Source: an uncultured delta proteobacterium
GTDB lineage: Bacteria; Bdellovibrionota; FAC87; UBA2466
DNA length: 64,000 nt
NCBI GenBank assembly: GCA_963778115.1
Contig: CAVZSV010000001.1
Coordinates: 132,099 to 196,098, forward strand
Direction of reading: 5' to 3'
Both the position numbers and the translations under genes were made by a program. A model generated the notes under the pieces. The model was given only the letters and a program-made list of their open reading frames with translations. It searched no databases and had not been told where the DNA came from. This document shows positions 17,497-27,337 of this stretch, piece after piece (the stretch's first letter is position 1; each line of letters starts with the position of its first letter).

Positions 17497-19440
17497 CTAG
17501 GCGGTTTTACGTCGGGTCGCTTTGTGTGCGTTTCTCTTTACTAATTTAAAGTGCAAAAGATTGTGCTTTGGAACCAAGCGGGCCGAGTGCAGCAAGCAGG
17601 CATTCTGAACTTCGGTGTCATTCGCTCGTCCAGTGACGAGAGCGCTTTGGCCTTGGAGTTTAAACTGAACGATGGCGTCCAGGCCATTCCGCTCATTTTC
17701 GGAAAATTCGTAGTCACACAGGAAAAAGGTTCGGGATACAAGTCGTTGATGGCTGCTAATCCAAGTCTCGAGTTCCTGCGGTGAGTAAAGATGCACGATC
17801 TTGAGGCCAAAGTCCGCTAGCTTCAGGTCCCAGGCTAGGTGGACACTGCTGTCGTCATCAGTGACGACGATGTGGGAGTACCTAGTCAGGTCAACACTCG
17901 GGAAAAACCAGGCTGGTGCCGCAATGCTGGGGAGTTCAAACCTGATGGTCGTCCCTTTCTTTTCTTCCGACTCAATCGAAAGGGATCCCCTGTGATCAGC
18001 GACAACCGCCATCGCAAAGTTCAATCCGAGGCCGCTTCCCCCAGGCTTTCCAGCGGAAAATCCTCGCATCCCGACCTTGGGAATCAGATCGGCCGGAATT
18101 CCCCGTCCGTTGTCCTTTACCGTAACTACGGCGCTCGTATTACTGCCCTGAAGCGAAACAGTGACGTCTCCCTTGTCGGTGATCGCTTCGACGGCATTAT
18201 CAATAAGGTTAGATATGCCTCGCTTTATCTCGTCTTCGCGGATTTCAGCGAAGACAGGCCGTTTGGGAAGAGAGAGCTTTAATGTGACGGGCAAATCTTT
18301 GTACTGAACCTTCTTCTCTTCGAAGATCCCACTCAATATCGAATCTAAGCTGACTGCTGGAAGTTTCACTGTTTGAGGAGAAGTCGTTGAGTTCTTTTTG
18401 GTTAGAATGGACTGGGCCATGGACTTAATTCGGTTAAGGCAGCCGCTCATGGCCTGAAAGTTATCCGAATCCATGTCATCGAGGCTGTTCAAAAGCATCT
18501 CCAGAGCGGAAACTGGGGACCGTAAGTCGTGTGCCACTTGCTCAGCGAGTCGAACTCTTGCGGCCTGCGTTTCGACTTCCCGATACTTCTCGATCGCCTG
18601 GGCAAAGGTGTGCAGGTTAGTGGCAAGAGTATTGTTCTCTGCCATGAAGTGGCGGGTCTTCTCTATTACGGGTGCCTTTCCCTGTTCGAGATCAAGGACC
18701 GATTTCCGAGATTTCTCTAGCAGAGAGCGAAATCCCACCAGGAATCCGCGCTCCAGAAACAGATAGAGAATTCCCGCGAAGAGACCAAAACAAAGTAATC
18801 CGATGAGAAGAAGACCGTGGAGCAATTTCGACCTGAGCTGATTAGCAAAAGTTGGGTCAGGTACAATCTCCGCTGCCATTGTGTTGTTTCCGGCCTCATA
18901 GAGTGAAAAAGTGTTGGGTCGCTTCTCAACCTCCGAAACTGGTATAGCGTAGAACTTCACTTTGCTATTGTTGATCTCGTGAACCCGGCGCTCGAGATAT
19001 TCGTCGAAGTGAAATCCTATAACCAATACCTTGCCCCGATTTTTTATGAATCCAATGAGACTTGGGTAGTTCTTATGGTTAAGTACCCAGTACGTGACGC
19101 TATCCGTCTTCGCCGAATTCTCCAGGTCACTCCACGGAATCTCTGAGTCGGAAGGATACTTGCCAGGAACAAAGTATTCCGCCACTTGAACTTTAGCTTG
19201 TCGCTTTAGGGCGTCCAAATCGAGCTTCGGGGCTTGCTCGGCAACCCAGACGATTTGCTCGACCCGTTCCTGTTTTGATTTAACGACCGCTTTGATCTGC
19301 TCGCGAACCCTATGAAGTTCTGAATTTCGGAGTTCTTCAAAACCTCCGCCAAGGATTGAGTCTGTTCGCGTAGCAAAGAGAAGAACAAGAAGGCCGAAAC
19401 TGGCTGCGAACAGAGCAAAGAAATAGTTTCGAAGGCGCAT
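17497..19440 (-). CDS. Membrane hybrid sensor histidine kinase with degenerate C-terminal receiver domain
   Basis: Two TM segments, AHDLRSP H-box, NLIDNA, DNGRGI, GSGLGL; C-terminal TDDD...CDY. Confidence 0.92.
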   Translation of the reverse strand: MRLRNYFFALFAASFGLLVLLFATRTDSILGGGFEELRNSELHRVREQIKAVVKSKQERVEQIVWVAEQAPKLDLDALKRQAKVQVAEYFVPGKYPSDSEIPWSDLENSAKTDSVTYWVLNHKNYPSLIGFIKNRGKVLVIGFHFDEYLERRVHEINNSKVKFYAIPVSEVEKRPNTFSLYEAGNNTMAAEIVPDPTFANQLRSKLLHGLLLIGLLCFGLFAGILYLFLERGFLVGFRSLLEKSRKSVLDLEQGKAPVIEKTRHFMAENNTLATNLHTFAQAIEKYREVETQAARVRLAEQVAHDLRSPVSALEMLLNSLDDMDSDNFQAMSGCLNRIKSMAQSILTKKNSTTSPQTVKLPAVSLDSILSGIFEEKKVQYKDLPVTLKLSLPKRPVFAEIREDEIKRGISNLIDNAVEAITDKGDVTVSLQGSNTSAVVTVKDNGRGIPADLIPKVGMRGFSAGKPGGSGLGLNFAMAVVADHRGSLSIESEEKKGTTIRFELPSIAAPAWFFPSVDLTRYSHIVVTDDDSSVHLAWDLKLADFGLKIVHLYSPQELETWISSHQRLVSRTFFLCDYEFSENERNGLDAIVQFKLQGQSALVTGRANDTEVQNACLLHSARLVPKHNLLHFKLVKRNAHKATRRKTA

Positions 19441-19441
19441 C

Positions 19442-20833
19442 TTAGCTCACCTTCTTTCCGTCCGGCATGGACAGGCCTAATCGCCTTACTGTGCGCCGAA
19501 ATGAAGAAAATGGTACGCCAAGCTTTCTGGCGGCCTCGCGCTGAGACCGCGAACTCGCGATCGCATTTTGATATGACTGGCGAAGTACATCGTCCATCCG
19601 CTTACCCAAGGTGGAGGTTCCCTCCAAATCGGGGACATAGGCCGTATCAAACTTCCCGTCCAGGTGGCTCTTGCTGATGACGTCGTCCGGAACTTCGGTC
19701 AGGAGGGCGAGAACATCATCCTGGAGTTCGCGCACATTACCGGGCCACGGGTATCGCTCCATGGCGCGAATGGTCTGGGCCAGAAACTTCTTCTCAGGTC
19801 CCTGGTGCTGCTTGTTGTACCTTTCGCAGAAGTGAAGAATAAGAGGCTCAATGTCTTCCGGTCGCTCACGTAAAGGCGGAATAGTGATCCGAACCGTCTT
19901 TAACCGGTAATAAAGATCTTCTCGGAAGGCCTTTTCCTTCATGGCGCGTTCCAAATCGACATTCGTTGCGGTAAGAATCCGGACATCGATCGGAATTTCA
20001 GCGTTACTGCCCAAGGGGGTGATCACTCTCTCCTGAAGCACACGAAGAAGTTTCGCTTGGGTAGAAAGGCTCGTCTCTCCGATTTCATCTAAAAACAGTG
20101 TCCCGCCGCTTGCATACTGGAACTTGCCAAGCTTTTTTTGTGCGGCGCCGGTGAAAGATCCTTTTTCATGACCGAAAAGCTCGCTTTCTAAGGTTTGTTC
20201 GTGAAGGGCCGCACTGTTTACCGCTACAAATCTCTGTCCTTTGCGTGGGCTGCAACGATGAATCGCTTTGGCGATCATTTCCTTACCAACGCCCGTTTCA
20301 CCTAGGATCAAAATGGCAGCTCTGGGATCGCTAGTCTGAAGCGCAATGATCTTCTTAGCAATCGCAGCCAGTTGCGGAGACCGACCAATAAGACCAACAG
20401 ATTGAATAAATCGTTCACTCTCGGATGGAGAATAGGAAGGAGTCGCGATCTGATTGGTCTCCTCATACTTTCTCGTCCATGCGCGAACCGTTTCGATGAA
20501 GTAATCTGCCCCTTTTGCTTTTTCGATAAAGCCAAGAGCTCCAGCTCTCCAAGTGGCAAGGGCTGCCATCTGGCTCGTGTTACCCGAGTGAACTAAAACG
20601 TAGATGTTCTTTTTTGCATCGAGGATTCGCCGAGCGGTTTCAGCTCCATCCCATCCGGGCATCTGGTAATCGACAATGGCTACTCCATATTCGCTGGGAG
20701 TGGCTTTGATCTTCTCCAAGCCCTCTTCTCCGCTAGCCGCGGTTTCCACGTTGAAGCCGTGCTTTTCAAGCAACGCCTTCATTCCGGCAATGCTGAATTG
20801 GTCATCGTCTATGAGTAGGAGCCTAAACCTCAT
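19442..20833 (-). CDS. Sigma54-dependent response regulator (NtrC/Fis family)
   Basis: REC domain, GETGVGKE, ESELFGHEKGSFTGA, FLDEIG, WPGNVREL, C-terminal HTH. Confidence 0.96.
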   Translation of the reverse strand: MRFRLLLIDDDQFSIAGMKALLEKHGFNVETAASGEEGLEKIKATPSEYGVAIVDYQMPGWDGAETARRILDAKKNIYVLVHSGNTSQMAALATWRAGALGFIEKAKGADYFIETVRAWTRKYEETNQIATPSYSPSESERFIQSVGLIGRSPQLAAIAKKIIALQTSDPRAAILILGETGVGKEMIAKAIHRCSPRKGQRFVAVNSAALHEQTLESELFGHEKGSFTGAAQKKLGKFQYASGGTLFLDEIGETSLSTQAKLLRVLQERVITPLGSNAEIPIDVRILTATNVDLERAMKEKAFREDLYYRLKTVRITIPPLRERPEDIEPLILHFCERYNKQHQGPEKKFLAQTIRAMERYPWPGNVRELQDDVLALLTEVPDDVISKSHLDGKFDTAYVPDLEGTSTLGKRMDDVLRQSYQNAIASSRSQREAARKLGVPFSSFRRTVRRLGLSMPDGKKVS

Positions 20834-20889
20834 TCATCCTCCAATAACTGCCTCTCCCAGGGGTTTCGTAGTCCCCTCAATCGATACAA

Positions 20890-20905
20890 AGCAACGGTAG
20901 TGCCA
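20890..20905 (-). promoter_or_regulatory. Sigma54 (-24/-12) promoter for the regulator-kinase-NTPase operon
   Basis: Minus strand reads TGGCAC-TACCG-TTGCT, matching the TGGCAC-N5-TTGC consensus, about 57 bp before the ATG. Confidence 0.8.
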
Positions 20906-21016
20906 GCTAATTTCGTGCCTGAGACCGCCATTTCCGTGAACCGTGTGACGCGCAGCGTAATGGGCCAACGAAAAGAAAACCCTCTAAGTGCCGGAACTCA
21001 ATCGTCAAAGGCCTGG

Positions 21017-21134
21017 GCGAACCAAATGCGCCGATTTGGTTCACCAAAGGACAATTTATGGCCGCTCCAGACTCTAAGTGCTTGAGAACGCTAGCCAGAA
21101 TGTCGCCCAATTTCCGTGAACCAGATTGGTCCAC
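21017..21134. promoter_or_regulatory. Candidate enhancer (UAS) palindromes
   Basis: GCGAACCAAAT-gcgccg-ATTTGGTTCAC (21017-21044) and GTGAACCA-gat-TGGTCCAC (21116-21134) upstream of the sigma54 promoter. Confidence 0.45.
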
Positions 21135-21405
21135 GTGCCTGGTAGGAAGCGCTCGAACCAGACCTCACGTTTTGAACATTAGGGGCTCACGACTAACCCC
21201 TTGATGAAATTCAGATCCAACTTTTTTCGAACCCATTGAGTTCACAGATTCCGGTCCATTCGCACTCCCCAGATGTTTTCCTCAGAACCGATTTTTCTTT
21301 CCTTCCCAATACAAACGAGTGAACCGCCGTCAGTTGGCACAAAGACGAGAGCTTCTTGCAATAGATCTTAGTGAGAGCACAAAAACTTTTTAACGGAGAT
21401 AAACG

Positions 21406-21651
21406 ATGTCTATCAACCCCTGTCCTCGTTGCTGTTGCCACAGCTATGAGCGGTTACATAGTTACTCGCACTGCTTCAATTGTTTTTACGTTTTCGATCC
21501 CTGCAACAACCTAAGAAGTGAACGGCACTTGCGTGAGGCAGTACAGCTACTCAGACAATACTCCAAAAATAAAAATCGCAGTTCGGCTGGCTCAAAACAA
21601 AGCCGCATCATTGTACAAGCGTCAACATTTCAACCGGAGGCAACTCTGTGA
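21406..21651 (+). CDS. Small Cys-rich zinc-ribbon-like protein
   Basis: CPRC...CFNC; GGAG RBS; first gene of the transfer operon. Confidence 0.6.
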   Translation: MSINPCPRCCCHSYERLHSYSHCFNCFYVFDPCNNLRSERHLREAVQLLRQYSKNKNRSSAGSKQSRIIVQASTFQPEATL

Positions 21652-21929
21652 AGGGGAAAAATATGTATCTGGCCTTCAAAGAAAAAATGAATTCGCTTCG
21701 CCACGATGAATTTGAGCGCCACCAATTTATGAATCGACTCCAGACTGGATTCGTAGCGGCATTTTGGATCGGACTGAGTGTGGTCCTTTTGTACGTCGGC
21801 CATGAAAAAGAACTTCGAGAAAGGGCGGCGTTCAAACCTCCCACAATTCCGGAGCTCTCTCAACCGTCACAAGTAGTAACACCACCAACGATATTGAAAG
21901 GACCATCGCATGGAAATCGACAAAATTGA
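21648..21929 (+). CDS. Small single-TM hypothetical protein
   Basis: GGAGG RBS, overlaps its neighbours, one hydrophobic segment. Confidence 0.55.
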   Translation: MKGKNMYLAFKEKMNSLRHDEFERHQFMNRLQTGFVAAFWIGLSVVLLYVGHEKELRERAAFKPPTIPELSQPSQVVTPPTILKGPSHGNRQN

Positions 21930-22119
21930 TTGGGGAACCGTCCTAGAGACGGAAAAGAAGGAACGTAGCCTCTTATTCAACATCTTGAGCGATCCTCATC
22001 TGTACCTGTGCCTCATCCTTCTCATCATGATGGTCATGATGACGGTGGTCTCCTGTTCCAGTGTCGGGTCTGCACCTCCCCCGACACTGGAACGGGTTGA
22101 ACGTGAAATTCGAAGGTAA
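21910..22119 (+). CDS. Small single-TM hypothetical protein
   Basis: AAGGA RBS; hydrophobic segment ending in VSCS. Confidence 0.55.
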   Translation: MEIDKIDWGTVLETEKKERSLLFNILSDPHLYLCLILLIMMVMMTVVSCSSVGSAPPPTLERVEREIRR

Positions 22120-22133
22120 CAAAAGGAGAAACG

Positions 22134-22415
22134 ATGAAACGACCTTATCTGTACTTGCTCCTGTTCATGGTTCTGTATCTGGGGTTCCCAGCGATTGGGT
22201 ATTGCAGCGTGGAATCTACGCTGGGTGCAATCCAGAACCGACTCATTACTACGATTCTGCCCTTGGCCAGCATTTTGGGACTTGTCTACGCAGGGCTGTC
22301 ATTTGCGGCGGGATCTCAGAACGCAAGAAATCACCTAATTCTCGCGATTATTGGCGCGGTAGTGGGATTCGGTGCGCCCAGTATCATCGCCTTTATCCAA
22401 AGCATGGTTCAGTGA
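22134..22415 (+). CDS. virB2: TrbC/VirB2-type pilin
   Basis: Signal peptide plus two hydrophobic helices ending IIGAVVGFGAPSII; positioned before virB3-virB4. Confidence 0.8.
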   Translation: MKRPYLYLLLFMVLYLGFPAIGYCSVESTLGAIQNRLITTILPLASILGLVYAGLSFAAGSQNARNHLILAIIGAVVGFGAPSIIAFIQSMVQ

Positions 22416-22427
22416 AGGGAGAGCAAG

Positions 22428-22742
22428 ATGCGAGTAGCCCAAGTCAGCAAATGTCTGGATAAGCGGCTCATGCTGTTCGGATTTGAAATTATGGATCTAC
22501 TCGCGATCTTTCTTGTTCTTTCGGTTCTGAACTTCGTCTTTGGGGGAATGGCACTCAAGATATTTTGCGTTTGGCTACCCACGGCGCTCTTAGCCGCGCT
22601 TTTACGTTTCGGAAAACGCAACAAACCAGACAAGTTTCTAGTTCACTGGCTTAGGTTTCAAATTCGACCGGGATATTACTCGGCGTTTGCCCAGCCCAGT
22701 GAATTTGAACCATGTCCTCGAATTAAAGGATTAACAAAATGA
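22428..22742 (+). CDS. virB3: VirB3/TraL-like inner membrane protein
   Basis: LMLFGFE, two TMs, GKRNKPDKFLVHWL; overlaps the virB4 start. Confidence 0.7.
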   Translation: MRVAQVSKCLDKRLMLFGFEIMDLLAIFLVLSVLNFVFGGMALKIFCVWLPTALLAALLRFGKRNKPDKFLVHWLRFQIRPGYYSAFAQPSEFEPCPRIKGLTK

Positions 22743-24157
22743 CTCCACTTGCAGACATTTTACAGGTTTGGGGATTTGAAGGAGGAAAGATCATTTTCTC
22801 GGATGGCTCTTTGGGATTCGCTCTCAAATTGTCACCGCTGGATGCGACCACCTGGGATGACGCCAAGATCGACAAGCTAGCCCAAAACATCTCGACCTTT
22901 CTAAATGGACTTCCCTCCGACCTAGATCTTCAATTTATTCAAGATATCACTCCGGCCTCCAAGGTGATCGTTGAGAGGTTTAGTGCGCTCGGGAACAATG
23001 CGAGCGATGCCACAGCTAAAGCGTTGCACGACGAAAGATGTGCGCGTCTTAGAGAGGAAATAGACGGCGCGACACTTCCCGAACAACATTTGAAGCTCTT
23101 TGTCAGACGCCCAATTCCAAAAGGGGCATTCAACAAACCGCGTTTTTTCTCCCGTCCCAAGCTGTTTGAGCCAATGGCAAAGGAGGTTTTTGCTCGGGAA
23201 CTCAATTTTCTTCGCCATGTTGAGAATGAAACTATCAACTCCCTCACAACTCTGGGTGTTAAAGCGGAGGCTATTCCGGAGAAAGAGATTGCGGAACTAG
23301 TCTATCGCCAGTGGAACCCATTCAGGCGCGAGCACATTGAAACCTATGACGCCGATGATCTCCGGCCTTCGCTTCTCTTCACGGACGTGGCGGTCTACGA
23401 AAAGGGATTTTCCATCGGGGGTATGCATTACCGAGTCGTATCCCTGAAACTCATGCCCGATTGCACGTATGCCTCTATGGCGAAAGCCTTGGAAGGACTC
23501 CCCTTCGGTTCGCGCCTTCACCTTTCGATCCATGTTCCTGATCAAACCAAGGAACTAGAAAGCCTCCAAGGCCAGCGCCGCCTGGCGTTCTCCATGGCTA
23601 GGGGCAAGAAGGAAGGCGTCTCGGACATTGAAAGTGAGGCGAAGCTACAGGACCTTGAGACGCTGATTGAGGAACTGGTTGCCCAAGGCGAGAAGGTCTT
23701 TAACGTTAGTCTCTCCGTCATTCTGAAGTCTGAAAGCGAGGAGAGCCTCCGGAATCAGGTCTCTGAAACGATCGCGGTTATTCGCTCCCTCTCCGGTGCC
23801 GAGGCGATGGAAGAGAGTTTGGCGTCCTTCGATATTTTCTCAGAGGCGGCTCTTCCGAATGCGAGAGGTAAGGAGCGTTCAAGAAGGGTTAAGACGTCCA
23901 ATCTAGCCGACTTAATCCCATTTTTTGGACCGTGGGCTGGCTTTGAAACGCCCAGAATCATCCTTCGCACACGCGATACAGGACTTTTTTCGATGGATCC
24001 GTTTGCGAAGGAGCTCCCTAATTACAACCAAATCGTTGCCGGTGGGTCGGGAAGTGGAAAAAGCTTCTTAACTAATATCCTCCTCCTTCAGACCCTCAAG
24101 GAAAATCCCGAAGATCTTCATTGTCGACATAGGTGGCTCCTACAAAAAATTATGTGA
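22739..24157 (+). CDS. virB4: VirB4/TraC ATPase, N-terminal part (frameshift at about 24107-24110)
   Basis: NYNQIVAGGSGSGKSF Walker A; the natural continuation KIFIVDIGGSY lies in the +1 frame after aatcccg. Confidence 0.9.
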   Translation: MTPLADILQVWGFEGGKIIFSDGSLGFALKLSPLDATTWDDAKIDKLAQNISTFLNGLPSDLDLQFIQDITPASKVIVERFSALGNNASDATAKALHDERCARLREEIDGATLPEQHLKLFVRRPIPKGAFNKPRFFSRPKLFEPMAKEVFARELNFLRHVENETINSLTTLGVKAEAIPEKEIAELVYRQWNPFRREHIETYDADDLRPSLLFTDVAVYEKGFSIGGMHYRVVSLKLMPDCTYASMAKALEGLPFGSRLHLSIHVPDQTKELESLQGQRRLAFSMARGKKEGVSDIESEAKLQDLETLIEELVAQGEKVFNVSLSVILKSESEESLRNQVSETIAVIRSLSGAEAMEESLASFDIFSEAALPNARGKERSRRVKTSNLADLIPFFGPWAGFETPRIILRTRDTGLFSMDPFAKELPNYNQIVAGGSGSGKSFLTNILLLQTLKENPEDLHCRHRWLLQKIM

Positions 24158-25145
24158 GAATTTATCGGGCCAATACATTCCTTTTTCCCTATCCGAAGCT
24201 TTCTCTCTCAATCCCTTTGATCTCGCTTCAGGAGAGACCACGCCCAGCCCCGCAAAGATCAAATTTCTCGTGGGCCTCGTAGAAATGATGACGCGGGAAG
24301 ATGAGATGCACAGCATCGGACGATTGGAACGGGCTGAGATTGAAGAGGCGATTCAACAGGTTTACAAAACTCACACAGGACCCCGCCTGTCCCACCTGCG
24401 CGAAGCTCTTCTCAAACATGACTCTGAATACCTGCGCCGATTCGGCAAGATCCTGGGCTCTTGGTGTGGCGATTCCCCGTACGGACAGATGGTTGATCGA
24501 AGCACTACCGTTAATCTTGAAAGATCTACCGTCTGTTTTGACCTGAAGGGCCTCGAAACGCACCCTGATCTGCAGGCTGTGTGTTTGTACCTCATTACCG
24601 ATTTCGTATGGCGAGAGGTCCAAAGAGATCGCAGCACGATGAAGTTCATGGTTTTCGACGAATGTTGGAAACTTTTGGAGAACCCCTCAGGCAGTGCATT
24701 CATCGCTGAAGTATTTCGGACATTCCGAAAATACTACGCCTCTGCGATCGCTATTTCACAGAACATTGACGATTTTGCGAAATCGAAAGTCTCGCAGGCG
24801 ATTCTCTCAAATACATCGATTAAGTGGATTCTGATGCAACGAGGGGCTGATGAGGAACGGCTTAAAGAGGTCCTGCATCTCAACGCCACTGAAGCTGCGC
24901 TGATTTCCTCTCTTCACCAGGCCAGAGGGGAATACTCCGAAGCCTTTCTGATGGCTGAAGATCACCGAGTCGTGGTTCGCATCATGCCAACACCACTCGA
25001 ATACTGGATCGCTACGACCGATCCGAGAGACTTGTCATTACTCCATAAAGAAATGGCATCAGGCAAACCTGCCATTGAGATCCTAAGAGAACTTGCGGTC
25101 CGTTATCCCCAAGGTGTCGCGGCACAGAAGGAGGAGACGGCATGA
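24111..25145 (+). CDS. virB4: VirB4/TraC ATPase, C-terminal part after the frameshift
   Basis: IVDIGGSY, LNPFD, VFDECWKLL, RTFRKY, ISQNIDDF. Confidence 0.88.
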   Translation, partial: KIFIVDIGGSYKKLCENLSGQYIPFSLSEAFSLNPFDLASGETTPSPAKIKFLVGLVEMMTREDEMHSIGRLERAEIEEAIQQVYKTHTGPRLSHLREALLKHDSEYLRRFGKILGSWCGDSPYGQMVDRSTTVNLERSTVCFDLKGLETHPDLQAVCLYLITDFVWREVQRDRSTMKFMVFDECWKLLENPSGSAFIAEVFRTFRKYYASAIAISQNIDDFAKSKVSQAILSNTSIKWILMQRGADEERLKEVLHLNATEAALISSLHQARGEYSEAFLMAEDHRVVVRIMPTPLEYWIATTDPRDLSLLHKEMASGKPAIEILRELAVRYPQGVAAQKEETA

Positions 25146-25828
25146 AAAGGCGAATTTTCCCAATTTTGGCTGCTCTATTAATGCTTAGCCCATCGGTATC
25201 TAGAGCTGACCTCTTTGGAGGTGATGTTGCGGTCCTCACGCAAATACTTGCCCAGGCGATCATGCAGCTTCAGCAGTTGCGTAGTATCTTATCGACCGGG
25301 TCCGACACACTGGACCTTATCCGTCAAATCAACCAAGGAATAAACGACTCGCTGAATCTCATTAAGGGCATTAACCCGAATCTTGATCCCGGACTTTATC
25401 GCGACTGGGCAGATCCAAACTCAGGTCTTCAACACGTTCAAGAACTCTACGGGGGAGCTGTCGATAGCCCAGAGGTGAAAATCCAGCGGGATGCCGACCA
25501 GAGCGTCGCCGAAGCCGTCAGTTTCAATAACGACTTCTACAAGTGGAGCACCCAACTCGATCAAGTTGGACAGAACATAAAAGACTATAGCCATCAAGCC
25601 TCTCCAGGTGGCGCTCAGAAACTAACTGCGCAAGCCTTGGGCATCGTGATTCAGGTCCTGAATCAAAATCTCCGAGCCCAGGCAACAAGTCTGAAGCTAC
25701 AAGCGCAGCAGATGGCGATCCAAAACCACGGAAGCAAGGAAGCCACAAAGGACATCCTAAGTTCAAGCGACAACCTTAAGGCGGCGATGAAAGCGGAAAA
25801 CACGGATTACCAAATCCCTAGATTTTAG
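25142..25828 (+). CDS. VirB5/TrbJ-like secreted helical T4SS protein
   Basis: Signal peptide, Gln-rich coiled helices, located between virB4 and virB6. Confidence 0.65.
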   Translation: MKRRIFPILAALLMLSPSVSRADLFGGDVAVLTQILAQAIMQLQQLRSILSTGSDTLDLIRQINQGINDSLNLIKGINPNLDPGLYRDWADPNSGLQHVQELYGGAVDSPEVKIQRDADQSVAEAVSFNNDFYKWSTQLDQVGQNIKDYSHQASPGGAQKLTAQALGIVIQVLNQNLRAQATSLKLQAQQMAIQNHGSKEATKDILSSSDNLKAAMKAENTDYQIPRF

Positions 25829-25838
25829 CGGGTGAACT

Positions 25839-26801
25839 ATGATCGATATGACTTGGCTCTCACAACAGGCAAATACGATACATACGTATTTCACCTCTCT
25901 GTTCTACGTTTTTGCCACGATTTTTCTCATCATCGGTGTGCTAGTTCAATATTTCCAGCTGCCGTCCGGAATAGTTCCCAGTATCGGACCACTTGTAGGC
26001 CGTGTCCTCATCGCAGCCATATTGCTCAATATCTATCCAGAGGTCTCTCATACCGTCGCCGACTTTGCGGATGCCATGGCGACAAAGCTCGGCGACCTAA
26101 ACCAATTCAAGTTCGTTTTGGACAAGATGGGGGACAAACTGCATGAGTTTTCCTGGAATTGGGTCTCTGTAAAGGGGAGCCTGGTCTTGGCGCTTTCCTT
26201 CGTAACGTTCTTTCTTCTCTATTTTTCTGTCCACGTAACCCAAGCATTTCTTATCTATACATGGACCGTTCTTTACGTATTTTCACCTCTTCTCATCGCG
26301 CTCTACATTCTGCCCGCGACGAGCGGTGCAACAAAGGCCCTCTTCCAATCCCTATTTGAGGCAAGCGCTTGGAAGATCGTTTGGGCTGTACTCGCCACCC
26401 TTCTCTGGAGCTCCGGAGTTAGCGGGATCGGCCAACAAAACGTCATCGCGGCTATTTGCTTCAACCTAATACTCGCGGGCTCTCTGGTTTTGACGCCTCT
26501 TATTGTCCACATGCTCGTAAAGGGTGGAATCTCCTCGATGGCCAATACCGTGGGTAGCGTCGCGGTTGGTGGTCTGACAACTCTGACCCCTGCGAAAGTA
26601 GCCGCCTGGGCATCCTATGCGGGTAAACAAGGTTTCAACCAATCGTTGAACGCGGCAAGCCTCGCCACGACGTCAATTCCACGGGCACAAAAGGCAATTG
26701 AGCAATTGCCCCGCTTCCGGATCCCAGAGCGAAAACCCATTTTCGAGAAAAAAGAAGAGCCGCGCAAGCAATACACGGCCAACAAAAAGGGGGATAAATG
26801 A
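25839..26801 (+). CDS. virB6: VirB6/TrbL-like polytopic membrane protein
   Basis: About 6 TM segments including VFSPLLIALYILP; operon position. Confidence 0.7.
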   Translation: MIDMTWLSQQANTIHTYFTSLFYVFATIFLIIGVLVQYFQLPSGIVPSIGPLVGRVLIAAILLNIYPEVSHTVADFADAMATKLGDLNQFKFVLDKMGDKLHEFSWNWVSVKGSLVLALSFVTFFLLYFSVHVTQAFLIYTWTVLYVFSPLLIALYILPATSGATKALFQSLFEASAWKIVWAVLATLLWSSGVSGIGQQNVIAAICFNLILAGSLVLTPLIVHMLVKGGISSMANTVGSVAVGGLTTLTPAKVAAWASYAGKQGFNQSLNAASLATTSIPRAQKAIEQLPRFRIPERKPIFEKKEEPRKQYTANKKGDK

Positions 26802-27337
26802 AATTCACTCAGGCTTGGTCCGAAGTCCTAAACCAAAACACAACGCTCAAAGTCGGGCTTGTCGTCTCCACGGTTTGTACTCTCATCCTCTGTGTGACAG
26901 TAGTACGCCTGGCGATCCGGGAACCACTGATTGTTGAGCGGGAATGCGTCTCAAGAACTCTTCTCCCTGTACAAACGAAACAAACAGCTTCCGAAATCGA
27001 GGCATTTCTCTTTCAAAACCTTTCAAAACGTTTCGATTCCGATGCCGTTGATCCCCGGAACTTTCTTGGTGATGACGAATTCGGATACCGACTCAAAGAG
27101 CAGGAAGATCTGTCACGGAAGGGGATGAAGCAGAAGGTTTTCCCAACCACCGTTACGGTAAGTGAAAAGGGTGCCGTAGTTGAAGCAGACCGGATCTTGA
27201 GCGTAGGGGGTATCCGATCGGATGTTCCCTTTACGCTTGGTATCCAGCTCTCCTCGACCTCGCGGACACCAGGGAATCCCTATGGCCTTCTTATGGAAAA
27301 GGTTTCTCAAGTAACCAAAGAGGAGAAAAAACCATGA
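26798..27337 (+). CDS. VirB8/TraE-like bitopic T4SS protein
   Basis: Single N-terminal TM; C-terminal RTPGNPYGL motif typical of VirB8-like folds. Confidence 0.7.
   Translation: MKFTQAWSEVLNQNTTLKVGLVVSTVCTLILCVTVVRLAIREPLIVERECVSRTLLPVQTKQTASEIEAFLFQNLSKRFDSDAVDPRNFLGDDEFGYRLKEQEDLSRKGMKQKVFPTTVTVSEKGAVVEADRILSVGGIRSDVPFTLGIQLSSTSRTPGNPYGLLMEKVSQVTKEEKKP

Noticed and set aside
21333..21361. Sigma54 promoter for the transfer operon (TGGCAC...TTGCA)
   Set aside because: The spacing between GG and GC is far longer than the required 10 bp.
24100..24120. Programmed ribosomal frameshift in virB4
   Set aside because: There is no canonical slippery heptamer or stimulatory structure; an indel error or mutation is simpler.
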